From NCBI GenBank assembly GCA_046563655.1, contig CM102285.1:9362001-9426000 (forward strand): a DNA stretch of 64,000 bases, read 5' to 3'. A program made the position numbers and the translations under genes. The notes beneath the pieces were generated by a model. That model made no database searches and was not told where the DNA came from. It saw nothing but the letters and a program-made list of their open reading frames with translations. Of this stretch, positions 36,537-49,900 are shown piece after piece (positions within the stretch are counted from its first letter, which is position 1; each line of letters opens with the position of its first letter). Origin of the DNA: Yuukianura sp. NJ FZ-2021. Lineage: Eukaryota.

Positions 36537-38770
36537 ATGGATAAGAAAACGCTTTACTCAGATAGCACTGGGAGTGAGTACTTTGAAGAAGTACGGAACC
36601 TAACATTTCCGCAATACTTGCTTCCCCGTATTAAAGAATTCTCCGAGAATGGAAATGGCGACTGGCTTGTAAGTCAATTCTACAACTTGAATCAAAGCGT
36701 GAAAGTTTTAAAACTGATTTTTTAAAAATTGTTATGTTCTTTTTGACTGAGATTGATGGCCTTACGGGAAGAAGACGCTCATATGCAGATCTGGAAGGCC
36801 TCACACGAAAAATTGGCAGTGCATTTTACAAGCGAGGCCTGAGGAAGGGCGATACTGTTCTTTACATGACCTACGACATCTTCCACATCCACGCTCTCAT
36901 GCTTGGTGTATGGAGAGCTAATGGCATTATTCGAGCTAGTTACGTTGACGAAGACGAAGGTAAGTAGAAAGTTAAGGAAAAGTCGCTCAAGCAAGTAACA
37001 CATTTTGGTATAATTTTAGAGACGTTACTAGAACGCGTTGTTGACTCGCATGTCAGTTGGATTGTTTGTGAACCTGACACTTCAAATATGTGTCTGACCG
37101 TGGCATCCAAGGTCTCTTGGAAAGTCGAAGTGATTGTAGTTGGAGAAAGTACGGAAGGATGCATTTCGATTGACGATATTTTTAACGATGATGGATCAGG
37201 TTAGCCCGAAGTAGAATAAAAGTCTCAACGTTTACACTACAAGAATGGCATAAAACAATTGAAAGAAATAGTTTTTTATTTAAAAAAAATTGAGATAGAA
37301 TTGCCACAACAAGAAATCACAGGCAAGGATGTGTCGCTCATCCTTACAACCAGCGGAACCACTGGGAGAAGCAAGGGAGCAGCACATACCCACACAGATC
37401 TGCTGACTGGAATGATGTCTCTCCGTCGCATCATGCCGAAATGCCAACTTCGGTTAATTGTCTCCAGAGCGACCCATATAGCCGCTTGTACCTTTCCCTT
37501 GGCTTTCCTTTGTATTGGAGAAACATCCATACTCATGGGCAGAATCACGACGAAGGACTTATGTCAAGTTATTTCAACCTACAGACCGCAGATGATTTTT
37601 GCATTTCCAACGTTTCTACTACGATTGGTCAATGATCCGGAAGCCAGAAAGTATGATCTGTCTAGCCTAGAAATCGCTTACTCTGGTGGAGCTCTAGTGA
37701 CCTCAGAAGTTGAGAAAGCAGTTCTTACACTTCCCAGTGTCAAGTTTGTTATGCAAGTAATTACGATTCATAATTGTAGTACATACACCTATTAATTGTG
37801 AATATTCTGGACTAACAGAAATTATTTTCAGAGCTATGGATTGACGGAAGTATTCCCTGTAACATCAGTGTATGACATCTCCACTCCAATCGACAAATAT
37901 TTAGGTGAGTTCAAATTTTCAAAAAAAATTTCAAAATGAATTAAAAAAATACACTTTGTCTGTTTCCAGGCTCACCTTCATGTAGCGTTGGTAAGTTGAC
38001 TCCCGGTGTGGCCATGCAAGTTCGTCATATCGATACAAATGAAGTGCTCGGACCGAACCAGCATGGCGAAATCTGTTTAAAAAGCGGATCAATGTTTAAA
38101 TTTTACGTCAACAATCCCGAGGTACAAACGCAAAACGATTTATTAATGTATTCTCTAGAATGCATTGTGCAATTTGGTTTTTGACAATTTCCACAGGCAA
38201 CCAGAGATGCCTTCGTGAATGGTTGGTTTCGAACTGGCGACATTGGATACTACGATGAGAATGGTTTTATTTTTCTTGTGGATCGCGTCAAAGAGGTTTT
38301 CAAATACTACAACAATCATGTTAGTGAACTGAGAACACAAAATAGTCAAAATGCAAGATGTAACGTTTAAACAACATGGTTCGTTGCTTTCTAAAGATTT
38401 CACCGACGGAAGTGGAAAAAGTAATTTCAAAGCATCAGAGCGTTGATGAGGTCTACGTCGTTGGTGTAGTGGATCCAGAAGGTGGAGACAGAATTCCAAG
38501 GGCATTCGTCAAACTTAAACCGAGAATTGAAGCGTCTTTAGTCACCACGGAAGAAATCCGCCAATTTGCAAACGGTAATATGCTTGGTAATCTTTCATTC
38601 AAAATTTTCCACCCAATATGCCGCGTTTGTTTGACTTAGCAGAGCGCCTTCCCAACTACAAACATCTTCGAGGTGGGGTTTACTTTCTCTCTAACTTTCC
38701 TCTGGGAAAGACTGGAAAAGTATCAAGAAAATTGTTGGAAGAAATCGATGTAATGAGCCTGGATTCGTAG
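36537..38770 (+). CDS. Second tandem luciferase-like acyl-CoA synthetase, ~543 aa; exons 36537-36668, 36752-36959, 37020-37199, 37299-37756, 37832-37904, 37970-38121, 38197-38319, 38397-38574, 38643-38770
   Basis: [52 protein letters not shown]. Intron positions identical to the upstream paralogue; exons sum to 1632 nt. Confidence 0.9.
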
Positions 38771-39281
38771 AAAAAATAAATTGCAAAATAGATTTGAATA
38801 ACAAATGATTGCTTCTGACTTACAAAAAAAAGTAAACTTCTATTACAACACTTAATTGCGGTTCCGCATACGTAGTCAATCATTTTAGTGTATAATTCAT
38901 GAACTTAATAAGACTGTAATGGGTTTGAAGCCTTTTAAAGTTTCAATTTGAAAGTGAAAATTGGAAAATAATTCCGAGCGAATTTGTCAATATCCATTAC
39001 CCTAAACACAAAAAGGGCGTTTAATAGAGTATTAATGGTTTCAACAATAACTAAAGTGAATTAAAGCATCTCCATTTACTCAATTTCCAAAGTCAGCAGT
39101 ATCGTTCTGTCACTGTCACAAACATGAAAGCCAAATGGGCCAAAAGCAAACAACTCAAAATGTTACTGAAAGGTTAATAATTCATCACTTTAGGTCCCCA
39201 GCTTAAGCTATGCCACCAAGTGTCAGTCAGAATGACAAGGGTCGACGTTACCCCGGTAAAGAGGGCTTTCGTCGTGGTGAA

Positions 39282-39549
39282 TGTGACGGCGGTGTATTTC
39301 CCCACCGTCAGAGGAGTAGGGGGACCCGCGCAGAGGAGGAGGAGAGTAGCAGAGCCACGAGGCAAGACGAGGACCACACCGCACCGCACTCTCTAGTTCT
39401 TAGTTTCATTTCTTATTTAGATCTTTATTCAGAGAATAAAGATCAGTCTCTCTTTTGATCACACACGGAGCGGTCACTTCCAGGTTCTTTCTTTGGTTGA
39501 CGCGGAGGTCAACTTCACATTGGCGACCTAGTGACAGGTCAACTTCACA
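39282..39549 (+). mobile_element. LTR retrotransposon remnant (gypsy-like): 238-bp LTR, PBS and duplicated LTR end
   Basis: TGTGA(39282)...TCACA(39519) termini and AATAAA at 39435. Followed by TGGCGACCtaGTGACAGG, resembling the tRNA-Arg PBS (TGGCGACCGTGACAG) of mdg1/412-type elements. AGGTCAACTTCACA is repeated at 39506-39519 and 39536-39549. Confidence 0.65.
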
Positions 39550-42500
39550 CCACAAGCACTAAAAAAAAAACTTTTACTAATTCGAATAATGTTCCCTATT
39601 AACATGTAGTGCCAGGCCAGGCAACGATTCTTCTTTCTAAAAAAAAAGTCTCGGTAGCAGCCGCATCAATCTACTTTCTCCTCATTTTGTGTATTTTTCT
39701 TCTTTTCTTCAATCTTATGCTTTTCAAAATAAGCTTCTGCTGCTACTTTACAAATTTTAATGGACTGAGTCACAAGAGGAATGAATGTGTCTGAAGGGCT
39801 CTTATAGGACTCGATGACTACCCAAGCACTTGACAATACAAGCAACATGAGAAACGACTTTACCAAAATTCAATTTTGCGTTACGTTAGTGCCTTAAGGC
39901 TATAGTTAGCTTAAAAAAGAAAAGCTGTGCTTCGGAATTCGTTAGTCCCATCTCCCTTCCCAAGTTTTCATTTAATTAAAAGTTTGCTTTTGCTCGAGTC
40001 AAGTTGAAGGTACTGAAGAGTTATTCTAGGCTTATGAAGGTTATTTGATCAATTTGCAAAAAAAAGGAAAAATCACAAAAAGAAACTTGTTGCCTTGGAT
40101 CAAAATGCTTAGCAACTTTTGATCAATTTCCGCTATAACCAAGGATTGTGCTCTTCTCTTTCTCCAATTTCCGCTCAAAGTAGAAAGTAGCAGTTTGCAT
40201 AGGAAATCCCTTGAAACCCCCCGCAGTTGAATCTCGATAACCTCAGTTACCACGATGTGGGGGCGTCCAAATTCCAAAAACTAAGAAAACCACGAACATG
40301 GTTCTGTTTGAACTATTATAATAATACCACTTCAGAATGAATGCACAGATAGAAACAAGGTTTTGAAATATTTAATTATATCTTCAAAGCACGTGCAGGA
40401 ACAGCATTTTGCCAAATTCAAAATTTTGATTAAATTAAAATAAAATGAGATTCTTTTTGCTTCAAGCAACGAGAGAACTTCTGTATAGGTTTAGACTTTT
40501 TAGACCCGTCTCTACTGTGCCATCAGTATGCTCCAAATCGTTACTTGCTATAAAACAAAACTCGTGCCAAGGCCTTTCCAAACTTAAAATTCAACGCATT
40601 CTTTCTAGCTCATTTATCATTCAGTTGCTAATTATTAGCGTTGTTGTCTAATGAAAACGCGACTTCAGACATATCTGACTTAAATGACGTGGGAGTGAAA
40701 GAGAAGAGAAAGCGCGGAGTGCTAATCCTTCTCATAATCTTGCTCAACTGAACCTTCTTTTTTAATTTAAAAGGCTTTCTAAGGTCTTTTCCTCCATCAA
40801 TCTTAACGAATCCTAGTTCCATCGTGATCTTAATTACCGAAAAGACTTTCAACATGATGGCTTTACAAACACGAGGGTTTATCTTTCTGCCTTCCATCCA
40901 TATTCCATTCAAGCAAAACTTTGAAATCAATAACACCCGATACCCGAAATAAAACAGCATTGAACAAAACGAGTGACACGACGCGAAACACTTTAATAAA
41001 CTGAAAACCCATCTTCGCCTTTAGTTTTGATCCCGTAGGAACATCAATTGGACTATTGTCAATTTGTTCTTCTAACGCTCTTTTGTTTCTCGGTCTGTTT
41101 GTTCCTCTGTGTGCCAATTTTCAAACGGAAACGGAAAAAGAACCGCTTTTTCAGGTTTTCTCCAGGGCCGTCTTTGGTGTCAACTTTCTCCTCAGTGTAA
41201 ACTGGAGTATTAAATTATATGCTGTCTTCGTTTTTTTTATCTCAAAAGTAATGGAGTCACCATGATTTCAAATCGTGGCCTTATCAGGTTACATTATCAT
41301 TCATAAGCAATTATGGAAACCTCGTTGACGGCCATACGAGGTCAGCTTTCACTTAACAAAAAAAAACGAAGTTTCGCTTAAAAAGTGAACTTTCTCTTAA
41401 AAATAAAGTTTGTATTAAAAGAACGCTAACAATAAGAGAAGTTTTTTTTTTGTTTCCGGTAATGCATTTTTATTTCCAAGTAATTGGTCAATTTTTCAAA
41501 ATATGATCTGTTGCAAAAGAACAAAAGAAGTATCGAGCGAACAATAAATGATATAAACAAATAAATGCCAACTGCAAAATGACTAAAAGACTCAAAACTG
41601 AAATCATGGCCACGTGGAATGACTCGAATGAACTGTCAACTTTAGCGTTTTTTTTTTGACAGATGCTTTTTTGAAACCAAAAACTAACTATTAGTAAGTA
41701 GATGCACGGAAAGTTCAGTCACAAGAATGCAAACTTCCTTCAAAGGACTCAAAAATTCGAGTTTACACCTTTGAAAAGACCTGCATTATTTAATAAATCA
41801 TACTTTCTATTTTTTACTTGCTGTGTAAGCTGCTTTTGCATATTCTGTAATAACACGTTTACATCCTACATTTACAAATAATACCATTTTCAGAACCTAC
41901 TTGTTGTAATACCACCATGGTAAAACCCTGGAATTGTCAATTTAAAAGTCACGCTTCGATATGCTCGGCCTATTCTCCGTCAGGAAAAGTACCATGACAA
42001 ATTTGCTTTAAAACTTAATGTACCTGCTGGAAAAAACTGGCGAGGACTTTGTGAAACATTCGCCTTGTATCATAAGTTGGTTTGAAAATAGCAAAGCTTT
42101 GTCCAACATCAAGATGTTGCAGTGTTGCAGTCGATTTGGTACAGAGACATACAGTGACTTCCTGCAATCATTTAAAGTGCAGCTTGGCTACTACAACAAA
42201 ATGGACCTACGGCGGCTTTCTGTTTTTCCACTGATAATTGATGGATTCGACTTAAGTTAAAAAATGAGGCAGTTCCAAAAGTTGGACGAGAGTTAAAGAG
42301 AAGCAACTCGAGACGTAATTTTAGAACAAAGTTTGATGGGATTTAAAGGAAAAGATTGTGAAAAGTTTTCTAAAGAAAATCTCTTGCCCAAGTTTTAATG
42401 AAGATGAAAAAAGTTTTGTATATGCTTTTTCCTCAGGAGCTCTAGCGAGCTTTAAAGATTTGACACATTGCGTGCCCTCAGGCTGTATCCAAAGGCTCAC

Positions 42501-45500
42501 GGTTTGTATTCAACTCGTTTTCTGCCCTACGAATCATTATGAAAGCAGAAGGAAAACAATACGTTTAGAATTTTCTAGTAATTAAATCAAAACCTGAAGA
42601 TTTGGAACTTAATAGGGTACAAGAAAATACAGAAAAGCCGAGCTGCTTTGTTTCCTCCTATTCTTTGAAATTCAAGAGTAAATGTTCAAACACTGAAAGA
42701 GTTAGACAAAAAAGTTTCTGTCCATTATTTTCCTTTGCCCTTTTGACTTTAATTTCAATTCTAAAGTTTGGAACAAGGAGAAAGTTGATGCCTCCACTCT
42801 GCTTTCTTTGATCTGATGAGCCTGAGAGGAGCAAGCACAGTTCAAAGACGTAACATTCCAAAAACCACTGGATTCATTTTTGCGACAAGATTAAGGACTC
42901 GCGTCGAGTGCACGCACTAGGGGATCATGTTATGATAAACATGATGCTGGAGTCATACAAAGAATGGAAATAAAATTCCATCTCGAAGAGGATCAAAGGA
43001 AGTGACTTGAAAATCACATTTTTGTTCAAAGGGATCCTCGTATACAGTTTCACGGAAAGAGGTTAATAAGAACACCGGGATGGACATGTTTAATGTTCTC
43101 ACCCGAGCTCGAGTTAAGTGACGGAGAAAGTAGCAAATACATTGTTCCAAAAATTAAGAACGTTTTTTAAGCAATTTTTTGCTCTTGAGATTCACCCGTC
43201 CGGTTAGTATTCGTTTTTAAAAAACTACGAAATTATCAGGAACTTCAAATTGAAAAGAATATTAAATTCTGCTGCAAACTTTAAACATTAATGCGCAATT
43301 TAATTTAAGTATAAACTACAATTCGTAATAACAATTAAGTAACATGTAGAAATACATATTTTAATATGGGTTTTTCATTATTTTAGTATGAATTTCACAT
43401 ACATATACATTATGTTTCCTTGTTCTTCGAGCCACAAGCCATGCAACTACTCTTTGGCTTTCACCAACCTGTTCGTATTCAATGGCAAAACGACGCCGGG
43501 ACTCCATGTCCATGGGCTACCATTCTGGAGTATGTAAGAAGCAGAGAAAGTGAAAGCTTCGGTCATTGGATGTCCTACAGTCGACAAGAACAGAGTTCAG
43601 CCACATTATTCTACCGCTACTTAGTAATTGGTTTCCAAAAACCATAAATTACTTCCAAATTTATTAGTACTCACGTCCTACCTTAGTTCACCACCAAACT
43701 TCAAATCAGATTCAGGACATATTACACGTTTAGTACCCTAGTAAGTCTGTCCTTACAAGCACAAACTTGTCTATCCCTGGCCAAGAGGCTGCAAGGAATT
43801 TCTTAAAATTTAAACTTGACACAAGCATACAATTCGTGTCAAGTGTGACCTGGCATTGTGCTTCATCTTATTATAAAAGTGACTGTTTTCATCTTCGGGT
43901 AGATCCGTGCATAGTTTAAGGTATAAAGCCACGAGGGGATTAAGTTACGCCTCTCCAATTATTAATTCCGAAAAGCCTATTAGTTTCGCCACTACATAGA
44001 CAAGAGCCAGCGCTTTAAATCTGTCTACCACATGCACTTCACCCCTTCGGCAATTAATAACTGTCAACAACAGGTGAGGAGACAAGGAAATAAAGCTCCA
44101 GTTACAGCGAATACGCACTGATTCATCATTCATCGTTTAATCCCAAGTGAGGCAAACAATTTATAAACAAATCTTGAATTCCAGTATCCAGTTGCACGTA
44201 ATCCACAGAGGAAAGATCAGCTTCCTCCTAATTTCTGTGAAATTTACACGGAAAATTTTTAAAACTACTTTTTCCAAAAAACTGGCGCAAAGTATACACC
44301 ACACGTCAAATAAAAACTGAAAGTTAAACTCAAAGTGAAAGTTATTTTTTGAATTCCAAACAACGAGGTGACATTTATTTAGTAAAAGTTAACTTTTGAG
44401 TAAACTGTGTCAAGTTCCTACTTCCTCTACCTTTTGCCAACAAAAGGACTCTAATTTGAGATTTGCCAAACTTTAAAGTGTTTTGTTCAACTCCTTTTTC
44501 CTTTGCTGAACTAGCTGAAACTTTACAATGAGGTACTGGAAAAAGCTGCTGAAAAGTTTTATGTTCCCAAATAGTTTTTGAAAAGCTAAGGTGGAGAAAA
44601 AACCTTCTTCTAAATACTTCTAAATTTTCAGCTGCTAACTAAAGATTCGTTCCTGCATAAAGACCTGCCGTTATCCCTACGTAAGTTTCTGTTTGCTAAG
44701 TAAAAGAAGAGAATAAAGTTCCCAGGGGAAGCGTCGTGTTGAACCAGTTCCAAAGAACAGTGTGAAGTGAAAGTAGAGGCGTCTTCAAACTTGATCTGCA
44801 AACTAATTAAACAAACTTTTTCTTTTTGACAATTCTAATCCAGTTATAATCTAACATTTTCGATTATACGATCCATCATACTAGAAGAAAGAAGTCCAAA
44901 TACATCTCCGCATCATTCCACTCTGTCTTTTCCGGTAAGTCCAAGTTTTACAATAGCAACGATATGTCAACCAGAGCTCTGACGCAACTGGCATCTGTGA
45001 CCCCACAAAAAATATGTTTAGAAAAGCCTCTAAAGAAAAATACCAAAGGTTCCAATAGGTTTTGTGTCTCGGAGAAGATTAAACGAAGTGTCATTCCACT
45101 CTATGAGCATCAGGCGACTCGTTTGTTGATCCAATTTTGGTCCAATATTTGCCAGTAGACTCCTGAGGTTAGAACTAATAGAAACCAGAATGTTATACAG
45201 TTAGTGCCTGTTCCTCTGCTTGGGGAGAAGTCACATCTGCTTTGAAGATTTAATAATTCATTAGCCTCTGCCCTCTAACAACCTAATTGACACGCCTCAA
45301 CTGATTGTTCTTTGATGTTGAACAAGTTATTAAAGCCCACGCCTTCGGATAGGAAGTGCTCACGGAAACGATACAGACTCTTTGAAATGACACGAACACG
45401 AATCACAAAATCACTTTGAAGAGTTTGTCCAAATGTGTTCCAAAAGATGCAGTTCTTGTCCGCCTTTATTGGCCTGCATTTTAGAACTCTCTATTGGATA

Positions 45501-46927
45501 ACATCTGATTTTCATTTAAAATTAATTTATCTTCAAATATTTAAATAGTAACGCACCACTGTTTTTTTTAATGGAATGAACACGACAAGCGACACCGCAC
45601 ACTATTTTACATTGCATTGTGGGCGGACATGGTTTTGTTTTCATTAAATGTCTGAAGTTCCGCTTGATACTGGATTCTCTTTTCAGTTTTTTTTTTATTT
45701 TCCAAAAGATATTTGCACCATGCCAATATTTGTCGACATTGACTTTGAGATAAGAAACCTCTGTTGGCTGAGGATTGTGTAGAAGTTTATTCGTATTAAG
45801 GCTTACTTGTCGCGTGTTGTGGCAGATTTCCCATGTTTCCCAAATTGAATTTACGAATGTCAACATCGTGCGAAGAACAATAGTTGAGAAGATGAAGTCG
45901 TTGAAATGGAAGGAATTCTAAGTGACAGCGTCACAAAAGATGATGTTACAGTCGGTGACATGGCCGATGTGAAAGTTTGACATAAACAAAGGGATTCTGA
46001 ATCCGTTTTTGTCAAACAATGTTAACAGAAATGGTAAAGTTCGACGGCACTTTGTGTTATGAAGGTTTTACTTGTTGACAATGAGGACGACGAGAATTTC
46101 GGTTTGCGTCAAACGTGTTTTTATGATCTTCGCCAGGACAGTGCGAGTTTTATTTTTCCTTATCTGAATAGATACATACCAAGCCTGAAGGCTAGGTTAG
46201 TGAGGAGTAGCCACAAATAAGTTATTAATCAAATATAATAAATCCTGACACCTCCTCCCGTATTGCTCTTCAATTTCTATCTTTCCAAAACTATAGTGAC
46301 ATGTCATTGATCAAACTAAAACACTTTTTGTTTTATTCAATTTCTAGAGCAAGGATAACACTTGAAAACCAAAGCTTTCTCTATCCATCCATCAGAATTT
46401 GTGGTAAAAACAATATTTTCTTGAACAAGATTGTTAGCTGCATGGAACAACCTTCCCGAGAATTGGCTGAACAAGATTTGAGACAACCCAGTTTTCCATG
46501 GACTTCAAATCAATTCGTTTTGCAAACAAGACTTGTCTGGACATAAATCAGAAGATTCCTAACATGGTTCAAGAATTCACAATAGGTTTGAACCGAAAGG
46601 AGCACGAACAAGATCTCAATTGATTTTCTTATTCCATCCAAACTCAAGCAGAACAAATCAAAGGAATTGGCTTTCGGTTTAAAGCTTTTGTGCTGGTATT
46701 GCTCATTCTGTCGATCAAGTCAAGCAATCGCCTCGTTAAGCATTTTCGTTTCAACAAAAACTTGAACAAAACAGAACACATTATTGGTTCAAAGGCAAGT
46801 GAAACTTTTGAACAGCAAGAACTTTGAGAACAAACCGAGATCTCTGTGAGGAAATTGAATAAATACGTCACCCAAACCAGCAAGAGAAAGTTCACTTTCT
46901 CCTTCACACTAACAATTCTCAGAAGAC

Positions 46928-49900
46928 ATGGAGACAGAATCACCATTAATTCCAAGTCTTTTGGCTGCCCTGCACCCCGACTATCTTTCGTCTTCAGATC
47001 ATCCATTCTCAGCTCCACACAATGAACTTCTACTAGAACACAATGCCACTGCTGACTGTCTATCTAACGACTGCTTTCCTCCTGAACATATTTTAGAAAA
47101 ATTGGAAGCATACATCTACCCTACTACAATTGAGTGGGTCTTGATTACCGCTCATCTCATTGTGTTCGTAGTGGGACTCGTGGGAAATGGACTCGTTTGT
47201 ATGGCTGTCTATCGGAACCATACAATGCACTCGGTAACAAATTACTTCATTTTTAACTTGGCCGTAGCTGATTTCATGGTGATTCTCTTCTGTCTCCCAC
47301 CAACCGTCGTCTGGGATGTGACTGAAACTTGGTTCTTTGGAGATATTCTCTGCAAAATTATTTTGTATCTCCAGGTACGTTCTCATTGTTTTACATTACA
47401 AAATGAAATCTGAGAGAAACTAAATTCTCTTGAAAACCAATGGTGAAGAGAAATCAGTGAAAGGAAACCAAGTTTTCTAATCCATGCATCGTGTAGCACA
47501 TAATTTCAACTCCAATTCTAAAAGCGTTGGTTTCAAGTCTTCGAAATACTGAATCGCGTTATCCCTGCTTTCGTAATTTTGAAAATAAAATTGAGAAATT
47601 AGTCCCTGATGAATACATTCTGAGAACTGTTTTTATTTTCGTTTCATACTGCTTTCTCTTCCATGAGTGTTTATATGCTTTCTGCTTTCCTTTATCTCTA
47701 TTTTTGTAGTTCTTTTCTCTAAAACTAAAAAGACCTTGGGTTGAAAATGAGTTTGTTGCCTCCAGTGTGCTTCACATTTCTTAATTTTTTTTTTGAAGAG
47801 ACAAACTTCCTTTTGAATATGCATCACTTACTGTGTCTTCCAAAAAGGTTTCCACGCCGCAGCATATAACGTTATGTTCGTCCAGTTTCAAACTTTTTAA
47901 TATAAAAAATTGGAGCATGTGACATTCCACGAAATAGGATCCAACCAGTGTCTGCCTTTCTTTCCAGATCGAAACACTCCAACTTTGATATTTTTTTGGC
48001 AAAGAGACTCTATTTGTTAAAAAGACTCGTGAGAGTTCAAAGCGGCATGTAGCTTTCTTCTCTTTATCGTGTTTCGAATTCTCTCCACGGGCTGTTCACT
48101 AGTTACATTATTTGGGGTAAGAGTACTTGAGCAATTTTATTTCCATTTCGGGAGAACTTACGGTAGGTTTCAATTTGTAGAGAGTGATAAAACCATATGA
48201 TTAAAAATTGATATATGATCGTCTCCGAGGAAAAATCACAGAGAAAGCGTAAAGTAAAAGGACCCAGAAAGGTTTGAAAGCGTTGACAGACCACACTGAA
48301 TTATTCATATCAAGCTCAAGGCTTGAGCTTGAAATTCGTTCATTTGTCTTTGCGGGTTGCGAGGAAAAAAATTTCAGAAATACGGAAATGCTTCTGACAT
48401 GGCGACAGTTACTACCGTGGGGAGAAAATATGGAAAGGAGGCAGTAATTTATTCAGAAGAGACTTGTGATAAAATGTGATTGAACTTATTCACACCCTAC
48501 AAAGGTTTTTGATTGTGAATCTTCCACCAGCCTTTGAAGTCAAAAGATTTTAGTAAAAGTTCCCACAACTTGTTCGAGTACGAGGTTAAAAGAAAAGCTG
48601 AGTCTATTTTTCTTAATATAGTTGATTAAAAAGTTAGAAAGTTGGTTTGTAGCGTCCTGTGTTCAACACGCAAAGTGTGAAGAAGAAGGTCTACGTCAAA
48701 AAACTCCAAGTTCTTTAGAGGGTTAAGTTCTAAAACCTTAAGTTTTAGAATTATTTTAGTATATTACATTTGGTTTGTCTGGAATAGTATTACTCGAATG
48801 GACTTTTTTCGCCGATTTTTTTATTTCATTATTTTTTGGATTTGTATTCGAAATTTACAAAAAAAAAATAATAATAATAATAAAAGGATTTACTTGTGTA
48901 GTATGTGCGAAATTCACTTTATTAGCTAAAACTGAAAATTAAAACTTTTTAAAATCCCTTTTCATAAAACTTAAAAAAAAACTACCAGAACTTTCTGACT
49001 TTCTGTTTATTAGTTACATGTTTGACTTTGACGATAAGAACTAGAATTTGTATCATTTCCCGACGTCGTTGCTTTTTAGCATTGTGGTCACGTTTATTGC
49101 GCAATGAAAACCACTACTATGTTATATTTACGCTACGAAAATTCATGTCGGACAAACTTGATATGGGAGACAGGGATTATAATAGTAGGTTTGTGATAAA
49201 ATTTTAAATTCAATTTTCCTCTTTGACAAGAGAGTGAGCGAAATAAGGTTTTCCAAAATTCGTAGAATCTAAAGAGGAGGATTGTGGGCAAATAAATGCC
49301 CTGCTTGAGCAAAAGCCACAAAAATCTAAACCTGTTAGCTAACCTAACCTCAAAGGAGATGCTGCAGCAGCAGCAGCATTCCCGGGTAATTATACATGAA
49401 GTTCCTGAATTAAAAAGTGTGAGCCACACTTTCACCTTAGTTAATTGTATCTTCCACCTGAACAGCCCATCGACTTTTGTGTTCGCGCTTAATTAGACAA
49501 GAACGGAAGGACGGGTAAACAATAGAAAGGAACTGTTTAGAATGGCTCGTTAGGATTAAATGCCTGTTTAGAACAGAGGGAGATCCTATGAGGGTTTTAG
49601 TCACAGAGAGAAAGTATCCGGCGGAAATTGCTTTCCAAGTAATTCAAGTATCTCGTTCACATCTTATGGCATTGTATGTACCTAGAACCTAAAACCACTT
49701 TGAACTGGGTTAACCAAACCTGCTTTTTCCACAATCCACTTCCATTATCTCCAAAAACAGCGGAAACTAAAGTGTATCGGCCATTTTCCCATTTTGTTTT
49801 ATTTAAACTTGGCGCTTCCTGAATGATCGGTTTTCTATTCCGCAGTTTACTAGTAAAAATTGGCCAGAACAATCCATCGCTGTAAAATTCTAAAAAATTA

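Noticed and set aside
33607..38770. Calling these genes true luciferases or horizontally acquired
   Set aside because: Sequence alone shows only ANL-family membership; they have eight ordinary spliceosomal introns and pocket residues unlike firefly luciferase.
40628..41265. Overlapping short minus-strand ORFs (84-110 aa)
   Set aside because: No recognisable domain, non-ATG starts and no coherent exon chain.
42018..42585. Short + strand ORFs that might be a decayed gene or TE
   Set aside because: No identifiable motif.
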